NCBI GenBank assembly: GCA_963817525.1
Contig: CAWFOU010000001.1
Location: forward strand, 320,001 to 384,000
Reading direction: 5' to 3'
DNA length: 64,000 nt
Origin: an uncultured archaeon
Lineage (GTDB): Archaea > Thermoproteota > Nitrososphaeria > Nitrososphaerales > Gagatemarchaeaceae
Within the stretch, counting starts at the first letter, position 1; each line of letters begins with the position of its first letter. Below, piece after piece: positions 36,391-45,705 of the stretch. The notes below the pieces were generated by a model. The model did no database searches. It had not been told where the DNA came from and saw nothing but the letters and a program-made list of their open reading frames with translations. A program made the translations under genes and the position numbers.

Positions 36391-37740
36391 TCAACGGAAG
36401 GCGAAGACGCCGTTGTTCCCATCCACGGCGATTAGGCCGCCGGCGACTATCGGCTCCGAGACGTAGCCCTCGCCCAGGCCGGTGAAGTGCCAAAGTTGGG
36501 CTCCGTTGCTTGCGTCGAACTGGTATAGGGTCCCGGTGGAGTCCGCGATGAAGACCGAACCGTCCACGACTGTCGGGGTGCTCGTCTGGAAGGATGCCAG
36601 GGGAGCCTTCCACGCTATCGAGCCATTGGAGGCGTCTATCGCGTAGAGCCCTCCCGAGGTCCCTAGGAACACCTTCCCATAGCCGACCGCAGAGGACGCC
36701 CTGAGGTTGACTATCCCCACGCCCAGGCTCCTGGCCCAGACCTCGTTCCCGTTGGTGGCGTTCAGGGCGAAGACGTGTCCGTCCGTAGTGGTCACGAAGA
36801 GCTCGCCGTATGCGAGAGGCGGGGTCTGCACGACGCCATTGGGGAGAGTGAGGTCTATTGTTGTCGTCCGGTTGCCCGAGGTGGTCACATACTGTGTCGT
36901 CGACGACGTGGAGTTGAGGCCCTGCGGGAAGGCCTTCTTCCAAAGGACCGCCCCGGAGTCCGCCGCGAAGGCGACGATCGTGCTATTGTCAACGACGGAA
37001 TAGACTATGCGGCCGTCAGTGGTCGGATAGCCCGCGAAAGACTGTGTGGCTAGGTCCACTTCCCAAAGGTTCTTGCCCGAGGTCAGGTTCACTGCAAGGA
37101 TCGAGCTTTCAGGGGCTGGCGGCTGGTCGAATTCTCCCCGCTCTGCGGTGATGTAAGCCGTGTCGCCGCAGATGGCGGCGCTACCGAGCGTCGTGACGTT
37201 CCCCACCGGTGCGCTCGCTCCGGTGGTCGCATTGAACGCGTAGAAGCCCCCGGTGTTCGCGCCCAGATACACTGTCTTGCCGTCCGAGGCGATTGGAGGG
37301 GCAGGCCCCGCGCCGGTCGTCTCCGTCCAGAGTCCCCTTCCGCTAGACATGTTGATCGCGAAGAGCCAGTAGCCTGCCACGAAGAGCTCCGTCTGCGTCG
37401 CCGCCATCTCTGAGAAGCCGCTCTTGTTCTGCCAGACTAGCTGCCCCGCAAATCTCCCCGCAGCCGATGACGAGAAGTTGAAGGGAGAGTAACCCGTCCT
37501 TTGTGAGTCGTGCTTGAACGTCAGCCACTCGTCAGCAAAGGCAGCGCCGACGCTGCAGTTTCCGTTCTCGGGTGACGGGGCGCCGCTCGCCTGTGAGGCG
37601 GACGAACCCGTGCTGGTCTTGGTTCCACCTCGCGGTGCTCCCAGGTAGGAAGAGGCGATGACGCCGGCCAAGACCACGATTGCGACGACCGCAATGGCTG
37701 CCGCAGACCTGCCGATGGCATCCCGGGATTGTGTGAGCAT
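36391..37740 (-). CDS. Anchored PQQ/BamB-like beta-propeller protein
   Basis: W..FKHDSQRTG and repeated A.(N/D)A.(T/N)G...W blade motifs. Confidence 0.88.
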   Translation of the reverse strand: MLTQSRDAIGRSAAAIAVVAIVVLAGVIASSYLGAPRGGTKTSTGSSASQASGAPSPENGNCSVGAAFADEWLTFKHDSQRTGYSPFNFSSSAAGRFAGQLVWQNKSGFSEMAATQTELFVAGYWLFAINMSSGRGLWTETTGAGPAPPIASDGKTVYLGANTGGFYAFNATTGASAPVGNVTTLGSAAICGDTAYITAERGEFDQPPAPESSILAVNLTSGKNLWEVDLATQSFAGYPTTDGRIVYSVVDNSTIVAFAADSGAVLWKKAFPQGLNSTSSTTQYVTTSGNRTTTIDLTLPNGVVQTPPLAYGELFVTTTDGHVFALNATNGNEVWARSLGVGIVNLRASSAVGYGKVFLGTSGGLYAIDASNGSIAWKAPLASFQTSTPTVVDGSVFIADSTGTLYQFDASNGAQLWHFTGLGEGYVSEPIVAGGLIAVDGNNGVFAFR

Positions 37741-37819
37741 ATAATTCTGTGGGCAGAAGCGCCTGAATCTCATTAATACATTTGTCCGAACGCCATGGAG
37801 TTCTGTGGCAGCGTGAAGA

Positions 37820-37863
37820 GGAGCGATTTCGCCATGCATAGGGGTTTATTGCGCCTCCGCCGG
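37820..37863 (-). repeat. Intergenic repeat, copy D (inverted)
   Basis: Minus strand CCGGCGGAGGCGCAATAAACCCCTATGCATGGCGAAATCGCTC. Confidence 0.7.
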
Positions 37864-37883
37864 AGCCTGAGCTGCGGGCTGGA

Positions 37884-37988
37884 CTAAGGACCCGCCGCTA
37901 TTGCGCTCCCGACCACGACGATAATTACGACGACTAGAATTGCTACGATGACGCCAATCACGACCAATGACTTGGCCCACTCCTTCAC
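37884..37988 (-). pseudogene. 34-aa signal-anchor-only ORF or gene remnant
   Basis: MKEWAKSLVVIGVIVAILVVVIIVVVGSAIAAGP*, resembling the N-termini of neighbouring surface proteins. Confidence 0.5.
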
Positions 37989-38132
37989 GAAATACTTGAG
38001 ACCGGCGTTCACACTGACCGCCACTCGCCGCGAAGATCCGAGCAGAAGCATGATGTTGGCCGACCTGTCCGGACTTCGGCACGACGCTTCACGACGGTTT
38101 TACGACGCACGGCCCTATATACCTCATGGCGA

Positions 38133-38786
38133 CTAAGGGAAGCTGAACGGTGCCTCGATCGTCGTTGCATTCGGGAAATCGGTCGGGTTGGTGCTCGCTC
38201 CAGCGTTCGTCGTGTCGTTGAACTCTAAACTCGCGATGAGGCTCCCGACCACGCCTTGCTCATACTCGAAGCCGTCCCCGCAGGATGGAGCATAAATCGT
38301 GTAGTTCTGGCCGTGGTTCAATCGCACGATCTGATAGGTTCCAGCGCATCGCAGGGAGGAGACTTGGAGGAGGACTGAAGAGTTTTGGGGAATTGAAGAG
38401 GCGAGCCCCGCGGAGCCGTCCGGGATATAGATGGGCGAGTTCCCCACGTTCTCGAAGGTGACCGCGAACTCGACGTAGGGCTCCCCGTTCCCGCCGCTGC
38501 AAGCCCCGCAGCTCGCACTCATCGCCTCTACGGATTCAATCTTCACCGAGTCGGTCGAGGTGGACACGAACACCGTGCAAGGCGTGTCGAAGGGACAGGG
38601 ACCCGGGAACGACGCAAAAGTGGCGGAGCTTGTTGTGGAGGAGCCTCCAGGGTTAGTTGCAGCTGCCTCGACAGAACTGGCTTTCGATTCGAGGTTGGCG
38701 ACCTGATAGTATTCTCCCAGCGCCAGCGAAGCGAAGACAAGCGTCGCGGCCACGAAGACGATGAGGGCGACGTTCTTGAGGTTCAT
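38133..38786 (-). CDS. Anchored Cys-containing surface protein
   Basis: Signal anchor, paired cysteines, Ig-like FAVTFENVGNSPIYI segment. Confidence 0.75.
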   Translation of the reverse strand: MNLKNVALIVFVAATLVFASLALGEYYQVANLESKASSVEAAATNPGGSSTTSSATFASFPGPCPFDTPCTVFVSTSTDSVKIESVEAMSASCGACSGGNGEPYVEFAVTFENVGNSPIYIPDGSAGLASSIPQNSSVLLQVSSLRCAGTYQIVRLNHGQNYTIYAPSCGDGFEYEQGVVGSLIASLEFNDTTNAGASTNPTDFPNATTIEAPFSFP

Positions 38787-38911
38787 GTGCTTGGAAGGCT
38801 TGCCCGATTTTCTTTTATACCTTTGTCCGAACGTGCCTGGTCGCAATTTGGGGATCATGAACAAAGCATCCAAAGCTTGAAGAGCCGCCCGACGATTCAA
38901 CGCAGCCAGAG

Positions 38912-39601
38912 TTGAACTTCAGGTCCGCGGTGCTGGGTCTCTTCGTGGCGCTGACGATAGTTCTTGCATCGACCACAGTCTACGAGTCGGGCATCAGAAC
39001 CACGCTGACGTCGACGAGCACGTCTACGAATACCCTGACGCTGTCTTCTGTCGTTCTCGGAAGCACGGCAGTCGCCTTGAACTCCTCGGACCACCTGGGC
39101 CTCAGCGCTCAAGTCGAGCCCGGCCTCAACGGGAGCTACACATTCATTGTCAGGGAATCAAACCTCCTGAACTCTGTGGACAATGTCACGGGGGCCACGG
39201 CCATCGAATGGAGGTATCCCCAGAATTCGTTGGAGCCGTACCCTCCCGTTCTCTACGGGGAAGTCGTGGAACTTGCAGTCGTCCAGGGGCACTACGGGGG
39301 AAACAACTACACTTCGAGTAAAGCCCTGATGTTCTACAGCGGCCCATGTACATGCGCCCCACAGACGGAACTCGGTGGCAGCCCAGCCGTGTACCACTTC
39401 CTGCCTCTGAATGACACCGTCTCGACCTATCCGGGGTCATACAGCTTTGCGGCATCTGCGAGTGTCACGACTACCGGGTATTGGACCATCGGCCAGAATG
39501 GTGTCGGCGGGGGCTTCAAGCCCTTCCCTCCGGGGGCCTACACCGTGATCGGGGCAGACGAGTGGGGGGACGTGGTGCTCCTCCAAGCCTTCCTGGAGTG
39601 A
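38912..39601 (+). CDS. Anchored surface protein, 'PGAYT..DEWG' family copy 3
   Basis: GYWT...PFPPGAYTVIGADEWGDVVLL. Confidence 0.8.
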   Translation: MNFRSAVLGLFVALTIVLASTTVYESGIRTTLTSTSTSTNTLTLSSVVLGSTAVALNSSDHLGLSAQVEPGLNGSYTFIVRESNLLNSVDNVTGATAIEWRYPQNSLEPYPPVLYGEVVELAVVQGHYGGNNYTSSKALMFYSGPCTCAPQTELGGSPAVYHFLPLNDTVSTYPGSYSFAASASVTTTGYWTIGQNGVGGGFKPFPPGAYTVIGADEWGDVVLLQAFLE

Positions 39602-39678
39602 CTGCAAGGAGCCCAGAAACAAGTTCCTAGCGTGTACCAAAATTGCGTGGCAAAACCGCTAATACCGCCCGTGCGTAA

Positions 39679-40626
39679 ATGAGGCCAATGCGCAAAGGGG
39701 AAGGGTCGAGTCTGAAGGACCGGGCCGCGCTGGTCTTCGCCCTCGTGGTGATTGCGGGCGTCGCGCTCGTGGGCGCCTATTCGGCCGTCAACCCGACGGC
39801 TTCGTCGTCCTCGAATGGTCAATCCTGCGAGAATCCAGCCGCCGTGAGCCAGTCCTCGCCTTCCCAGGGCGGACTGCAGATCACGGTGGGCGGTCCCGTG
39901 ACGACGACCTTGCATCCCGAGTTCTTCAATACGTCGGTAGGTCCGCAGATCACGTTCACGGGGTGGGAAGCACTATCCGTCTACGTCCGCTCGAACGTGA
40001 CCGCGGACGTCTCCCTTGGCGTGTCGGACGTCCCGTGCGGAGTCTGGGCCGAGTTCGACCCATCGAGCCTCCAGAACGTGGGCATTGCCGGGGCGAGGAC
40101 GTCGCTGCTCCTGGCCGGAGCGGTGTCACTCTTGCCGCAGACCTCGAATCCAAGGAATTCCTCCTTGATAATCAACGCCTGGAGGGGAAACGGAGCATCA
40201 TCCGCGATAATACTCCCGGTAGTGCAGCAGGAAAACTTGACCGTTCTCCGATCCCCGGGTCCCGTGATCGAGGCGGGAATCCAAACCTCCTGGGGCGCCT
40301 ACACCACTGGTAACACGAGTGACGTCTTCGGCGTCGTGTACGATCCCGCAAACCCTCAGCAAGATCCGACGCTCAACGTGAGCCTTTCGGCGGCGGGGTT
40401 GATCCAGAACGGGTCCTTGGTCCGCCTGCCGAGCTGGATGCGAGTGAGCCTGCCCACGCCGTCCTTCATCCTTAACGCAAGCGAGCCGTACTACTTCGAG
40501 GTGGGAATCGCCACGCAACCGGCCCATTTCGGGAACTACGCGATATCACTGAGGGAAGACGTGAACGGGCAGCCCTTCACTGAGAGCGTGACGATCGAGA
40601 CCCACAACCCTCCTTCGTTTGGGTGA
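39679..40626 (+). CDS. Anchored surface protein, 'LPSW..PYYF' family copy 1
   Basis: VYDP...LNVSLSAAGLIQNG..V.LPSW...PYYF...E.VNGQPF shared with 42951-44408. Confidence 0.8.
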   Translation: MRPMRKGEGSSLKDRAALVFALVVIAGVALVGAYSAVNPTASSSSNGQSCENPAAVSQSSPSQGGLQITVGGPVTTTLHPEFFNTSVGPQITFTGWEALSVYVRSNVTADVSLGVSDVPCGVWAEFDPSSLQNVGIAGARTSLLLAGAVSLLPQTSNPRNSSLIINAWRGNGASSAIILPVVQQENLTVLRSPGPVIEAGIQTSWGAYTTGNTSDVFGVVYDPANPQQDPTLNVSLSAAGLIQNGSLVRLPSWMRVSLPTPSFILNASEPYYFEVGIATQPAHFGNYAISLREDVNGQPFTESVTIETHNPPSFG

Positions 40627-41030
40627 GGACAGAGATGGGTAAGCGCCTCAGCGGAAGGAGACGTTGGGCCGTTGGGATTGTCATCGTCCTCGTCATCGCA
40701 ATGTTCGGCGTCAGCTCGTTCATCACGACCTCCAAGATGATTGGTGATACCATCACCTGCGTCGATTCCAGCCTGACATATCCTGATTGCGGCGGAGCGG
40801 GCGAGCTCATAGCCACAGAATCCGTGACTTGCACGGGGTTCTGGACGCCATCGTATACGGTGGAAGGAAGCGGAGGGTATCCCTACGCCTACAGTAGCTA
40901 CTCTTATGGAATTTGCCTCATTGGCCACTGGTTCTCAAATGGGGTCTGCTCGACGATCTGCACAGAGACGGTCGCGACTACGCTTTCTTGGACAGTGGTG
41001 AACGGGACAACTCACCTGCTGCCCCGATAG
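40623..41030 (+). CDS. Small anchored Cys-rich protein
   Basis: Signal anchor plus six Cys; GTGA overlap with the upstream stop. Confidence 0.65.
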   Translation: MRTEMGKRLSGRRRWAVGIVIVLVIAMFGVSSFITTSKMIGDTITCVDSSLTYPDCGGAGELIATESVTCTGFWTPSYTVEGSGGYPYAYSSYSYGICLIGHWFSNGVCSTICTETVATTLSWTVVNGTTHLLPR

Positions 41031-41293
41031 TGACCGTCTGGAATACCCGAAGAAATAGGAGTCAACTGATTCCGTGCAAAAGTCAAGGTATGAATTCCCA
41101 CCTTTCTGGAAGCCTCCTTCCGGCGTCGCGGTTGAGCCGTCCTGTAAGCCGCCGAAGTCTGATTCGCCACGTTCGGAGGGAGGATACTAACGGTCAGGGT
41201 AGACCCAATCTTCCAGGAAGAATGGGAACAGAAGATTCAAAAGAATCTCAACGCCCAAGAATATCCTATCATGCCGAAACCCGGCGGTGCGGT

Positions 41294-41755
41294 ATGGGGA
41301 GGCGAAGGACAGCGGTAAAGCACCTCGTCATGCTTGCGGGCATAGCCGTCGTTGCAATCCTCGCTGTTAGCGGCGCTTTGTACTTCTTCGCGCCAGCCCG
41401 CTCTGCAAGCAGCTCGGTGACCTGGACGACAGTGAGCCTATCGTTGGCATCTGGCCCTGATTCGGAAAATGTCTTTGATGATTTCTCGCCCCAGAACTTC
41501 ACAGTCACGGAGGGGCAGCACATCACTCTCGTATTTCGTAACACTGATGACACCCCTCACGAGTTGGCAATTCCTGCACTAAATCTGGCCACAGGGGTGG
41601 TACCGGGCGGACAGGTAGTGAGGATAGTTTTCGTCCCCGATAGGGTCGGCACCTTCGGTTTCGGTCAGCCGAGTGGAATGTGCGACTTGAACGTACCCAA
41701 AGGGACAGTCTGCACCGACTTGATGAACGGGAACGTTACGGTTTTAGCCCCTTAG
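41294..41755 (+). CDS. Anchored cupredoxin-fold protein with atypical ligand loop
   Basis: FSPQNFTVTEGQHITLVFRNTDDTPHEL...FVPDRVGTF...MNGNVTV. Confidence 0.78.
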   Translation: MGRRRTAVKHLVMLAGIAVVAILAVSGALYFFAPARSASSSVTWTTVSLSLASGPDSENVFDDFSPQNFTVTEGQHITLVFRNTDDTPHELAIPALNLATGVVPGGQVVRIVFVPDRVGTFGFGQPSGMCDLNVPKGTVCTDLMNGNVTVLAP

Positions 41756-41884
41756 CATAAGCCGTCGCGTGAAACGCTCAGAAATCACCTCCAAACGGGA
41801 CAGAACCCCGCCGAGTACAACTGGGGCGCGGACGCCATTTTCACAAGCCTTAGAAGCGCCGAGTCGTTCTTCCACCACGGACTC

Positions 41885-42832
41885 TTGAAGCTACGAAGCA
41901 GGGGCGCCGCGGGGGCGATAGCTGTAATAGCCGCTTTTGTAGTCGGCGTACTGGCGATAACGGTCTTCCCGACTGGTCTCGGTCACAGCTCCACGACAGT
42001 CAGTACAAGTAGTACAATTGCTCCCGTCATAGAACTCGGTGGTCCATGGTTGGATGGATCGGTATCTGGACAGAATGCGTCGTGTTCCCTGGCGAGCGGC
42101 GTCTGCATCTTCACGATCGTGAACAACAGTACCACGCCATTGGACCCGGTAGGCTGCCAAATGCTGGTGGTCGTGGCCGCCAATGTGACCTCCATAACGA
42201 CCCTCACGGCCAACAGCGAATTGGCCACCACGACCATCACTTTTGCAAACGGGTCGAGGTCGACGGAGGTCTCCACGCCCACCAACTCAATCGCGGCCAA
42301 TTCCACCGTCACCGAGACCTTTACAGTAGTCAACAACATCAACGGCACGTTGAGCGGTCCTGCCACGACGAGCATCCCCGCCAGTTCTCAAGTGACAATG
42401 ACTTGCACCATCCCCCCAGCGCAACTTACACAACAGCCAACTGGCTCGCGGGCTGACGGAACCGTCTGGATGAAAACAGCCGGCAGTTCGGAGGCCACCC
42501 CTGCCGGCACCCAAATACCCGTCGGCTTCGAAGGCGTGTGGTCACTCGCTGATACCGTGCTCGCGACCGCCACTGTGACGGAGACCCTTACTACGCTGGC
42601 TTCCCAGGCTACGACGACTTACGCCATTCCAACCACCGACTGCACGTACATGCCGGTCACTACGACGGAAACCACCACGATTACAGTGGGGCCGACGCCC
42701 CCGGCCTCGACGACCACGACCACGGTGACGTCGACCTCGACGAGCTACACACAGACGGTCACCGTGACCAGTTGCACGTTCAGCGCGCTGCCGATCGTCA
42801 CTTCTACCGTCACCACCACAGAGAACCCGTAG
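41885..42832 (+). CDS. Anchored Thr-rich (mucin-like) surface protein
   Basis: Signal anchor, very Thr-rich C-terminal third, multiple N-x-S/T sequons. Confidence 0.75.
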   Translation: MKLRSRGAAGAIAVIAAFVVGVLAITVFPTGLGHSSTTVSTSSTIAPVIELGGPWLDGSVSGQNASCSLASGVCIFTIVNNSTTPLDPVGCQMLVVVAANVTSITTLTANSELATTTITFANGSRSTEVSTPTNSIAANSTVTETFTVVNNINGTLSGPATTSIPASSQVTMTCTIPPAQLTQQPTGSRADGTVWMKTAGSSEATPAGTQIPVGFEGVWSLADTVLATATVTETLTTLASQATTTYAIPTTDCTYMPVTTTETTTITVGPTPPASTTTTTVTSTSTSYTQTVTVTSCTFSALPIVTSTVTTTENP

Positions 42833-42950
42833 GCTCAGGAAGGATCTGCACCGGTCCAAACTCTTTCAGGCTGAGGGATCCGACGAATACCTCGAATGCG
42901 ACTAGCGTTCCACAGGGGTTATAGCAGTCCGACCCCTCTCCAAAAGTCGA

Positions 42951-44408
42951 ATGAAGCGCAAGGAAGGCGCGTTCTGGGTCGCGCAGGCGCTGATGGTAGT
43001 TGGCGTCCTGGCGCTGGTCTCCCTGCCCGTGCAGTCCACCATTGAAACCAGCACTCAGAGCTCAGCCATCTCCGGTCCGGGAGCAGTCGGGTTGTCGAGC
43101 CCATTCCTGGGCGCCAGCCCGATTTCCGTAATGCACACGACCTGTGGAACCGCCATCAGGGGTTTCGGAGCCGCCTGCTGGTCTTCCGACTCTAGTGCCG
43201 GGATCCCGCAGTCCTTCAACATGACCAGTGCGACCACGATCTTCTCCGATTACTTTGCCATCTCAGTGAGGCAGGGTGATTCGGTCGACTTCTCCATGAA
43301 GGCCACCAATAGCACGACCTTCCAGGGGTACTTCGACGCCGGGGCCAACGCGTCATCCGCGGCTTCATCGATGGCGAGTGGGGGACAGATGCTCTTCAAC
43401 CAGACCGGCAACTTCCAGACCTATAGCGGAAGCGCCACTGCCCCTGCGGCGGGTGCATACGCGTTCGCCTTCACCGTTCCGAGTCCAGAGTTCAACGACT
43501 CGGTGACCTTCCTCCTCATGGACTCGGCGGCATACGACACCGGCATCACGCTCAAGGTGGGCGCTCCCGAGACGCAGCAAGTCTCGATCAGCGAGAGCTT
43601 CCCCAACGGAGGCGGCGCCGGCGGGGGAGGCGGCTGGGACAAGGTGCCGATTACCGTCTACGCGCCCAAGACCACCGCGGTGAACCTCACCTCGCTCACC
43701 GTCGAACAGGGCGGCTGGCTCAAGATCCTCCCGTCCTACCTTCCCGCGGTCGGGCCACAGGGGGCGAACGCGACCCTCTACATGGTGGATGTAGGCCCGA
43801 CGACGAACCAGTTCAACAGCTCCCTCTTCATCGGCGCTTCGGGGACGGACGGGCTCACGGGCGACGCGGTCATCCCGGTCGAGGGGTCGATCGGCCCGAC
43901 CGTGATCAGCGGACCGGGACCCATCAGCCTCTCCGGCGGCGCTCTTCCATACATAGTGACCCTGATCTACGACCCCTCCAGCGTTGCCGTGTCCGCGCCT
44001 TCGCTCCGCGTCAGCATCTCCGTTGCGGGCATCCTGGAGCAGAACGGCTGCGTGGTCCCGCTTCCCAGCTGGCTCAACGTAAGCTATCCAGAGCAGCACA
44101 TAGTCTTCGGCAACGGGACCAACGCAGCCAGCACGACGACGCTCGGTCCCGGTTCCACTCTCGTCAACCCCTATGGATACGAGACCGACGACGTCACGTA
44201 CAACCCGGAGTCTTCGAACTTCAGCCTCGTCCTGCAGCCCTACAACCCGTACTACTTCGTCCTCGTCGTTGACGGGTCATCAGCTCCAAATGCCGACCAA
44301 GGTGTGTACACGGTGGTGTTCGACGAGACCGTCGGGGGGCAGCATTTCGTAAGCTACCTCACGGTCGACGCATACCCCCTTAGTCTGCCGGGAAGCCTCC
44401 CCGGGTAA
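42951..44408 (+). CDS. Surface protein, 'LPSW..PYYF' family copy 2 with extra N-terminal domain
   Basis: IYDP...LRVSISVAGILEQNG.VVPLPSW...PYYF...ETVGGQHF. Confidence 0.8.
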   Translation: MKRKEGAFWVAQALMVVGVLALVSLPVQSTIETSTQSSAISGPGAVGLSSPFLGASPISVMHTTCGTAIRGFGAACWSSDSSAGIPQSFNMTSATTIFSDYFAISVRQGDSVDFSMKATNSTTFQGYFDAGANASSAASSMASGGQMLFNQTGNFQTYSGSATAPAAGAYAFAFTVPSPEFNDSVTFLLMDSAAYDTGITLKVGAPETQQVSISESFPNGGGAGGGGGWDKVPITVYAPKTTAVNLTSLTVEQGGWLKILPSYLPAVGPQGANATLYMVDVGPTTNQFNSSLFIGASGTDGLTGDAVIPVEGSIGPTVISGPGPISLSGGALPYIVTLIYDPSSVAVSAPSLRVSISVAGILEQNGCVVPLPSWLNVSYPEQHIVFGNGTNAASTTTLGPGSTLVNPYGYETDDVTYNPESSNFSLVLQPYNPYYFVLVVDGSSAPNADQGVYTVVFDETVGGQHFVSYLTVDAYPLSLPGSLPG

Positions 44409-44453
44409 TACAGGTGACTCGACGCTAAATGGCGGAATCGGCTTCTTTGCGTG

Positions 44454-44595
44454 GATGCGAATCGCGGCTATCGAGGTGGACAACTATGGCAGCTACACCT
44501 TCACCAGCTGGTCCGGCGGCGCAACAGCTAATCCCATGAGCTTCACCGCGACAAGCTCCGCCCAGACGTTCACAGCGGAATACAACCGCGGATAG
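44454..44595 (+). pseudogene. Orphan C-terminal fragment of a surface repeat domain (InlB B-repeat/Flg_new-like)
   Basis: IEVDNYGSYTFTSWSGGATANPMSFTATSSAQTFTAEY*; no signal peptide. Confidence 0.5.
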
Positions 44596-44676
44596 GGCGG
44601 AACCGGACCGCGCCAAATGATTCGAGCGGAAGCATGGCCCCCTTGCATGGCTCTCGACTGAGAGGGCCGGGAGGAG

Positions 44677-45330
44677 CTAGTTGAGACCGGGAAAGGGAAA
44701 GCAATCGGGGAGGGGCGGTTCGTCTAATTGGGTGAAGTTCCAAGTCTCTCTCGTAATGAGCCATGATGATGAAGAGTTGTTGGAGACGTGCGCGTAGAAG
44801 TCCTGAGCGATTACCGTCCCGCTCAGGTGGCCCACCACAAGGACAGATCCGTTCACGTCGCCCACAAATATGGGGCTGCTCGTGCCGCAGTATTCCCACC
44901 CCTGAAGGTCAAGCGTCGAATTGACCACGTAGACATCGCCCTTGCTGACCCCTATGGATTCATTTTCAATCGAAACGGACGCATTCTTGGACCTACTGAT
45001 AGTGCTGCCCCACAGAATTACGATGTTTCCCCCGCCGGAGTAGGTCCCTTGTACCCCGTAAGTTTGCCCATTCCCATTCCACTCCAATGTTGCGTTGCTC
45101 TCGTAATCACCTCGGATTGCGGTTGCATTGGTTCTGGCGCTCAAATGCGCCAAGTGGGCCGCATACGCGTTGGCGACCTGCACCGCATGAGCATCCGAAG
45201 TCGTCACTGTCAGGGTTACAGTCCTCGTGCTGAGGGGACCGATGTCGATGACCGACTGCAGCACCAGCAAAACGATGATCGCAAGCGCCGCGCCCACGGT
45301 GACGAGTAAGCCATCTCTGCCTCGACGCAT
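44677..45330 (-). CDS. Anchored protein, probable NTF2/SnoaL-like fold
   Basis: AYAAHL...DYESNATLEW...GTYSG..NI...WLITRETWNF pattern. Confidence 0.65.
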   Translation of the reverse strand: MRRGRDGLLVTVGAALAIIVLLVLQSVIDIGPLSTRTVTLTVTTSDAHAVQVANAYAAHLAHLSARTNATAIRGDYESNATLEWNGNGQTYGVQGTYSGGGNIVILWGSTISRSKNASVSIENESIGVSKGDVYVVNSTLDLQGWEYCGTSSPIFVGDVNGSVLVVGHLSGTVIAQDFYAHVSNNSSSSWLITRETWNFTQLDEPPLPDCFPFPGLN

Positions 45331-45705
45331 TCCTCCTACGCTCCGCATACCGGCTCTCTTGACTCTGAAGAAGATGACTTCCCGCTTTATTGTTTCCTTT
45401 CTTGATTTGCCCGCAGAATCTAAGTCGGCCTCCGTCCAAAAGGCGGATCTGAGCAACAGCAAGCGCAGGCAACAGTCGATTCCGGCACTAAAAACGGGCA
45501 TAATCGCCCGTAAACGGGGACGGCCCTGGCCGAGCAACAGGCATCCAAGAGGACGGAGAGCCGCTTTCGGTCAGAAACCTCGACTGAGTGTATGGCTACC
45601 AATGGGCGGGCTTGGAGGCCGACTTGAGCGGACAAAGAGGAACTGAACCCACAGGGCAAGGCCGACATCCTGGTTCACCTGGCTTGCGCTCGCCGGGACC
45701 ATTTG

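Noticed and set aside
41149-41815. Possible IS6-like end CAGAACC at ~41801 with near-duplicate CCGCCGAA/CCGCCGAG
   Set aside because: No matching left TIR and the duplication is imperfect.
42560-42830. ACN-rich repetitive DNA as CRISPR or tandem repeat
   Set aside because: Explained by Thr-rich coding sequence; no regular repeat-spacer period anywhere in the window.
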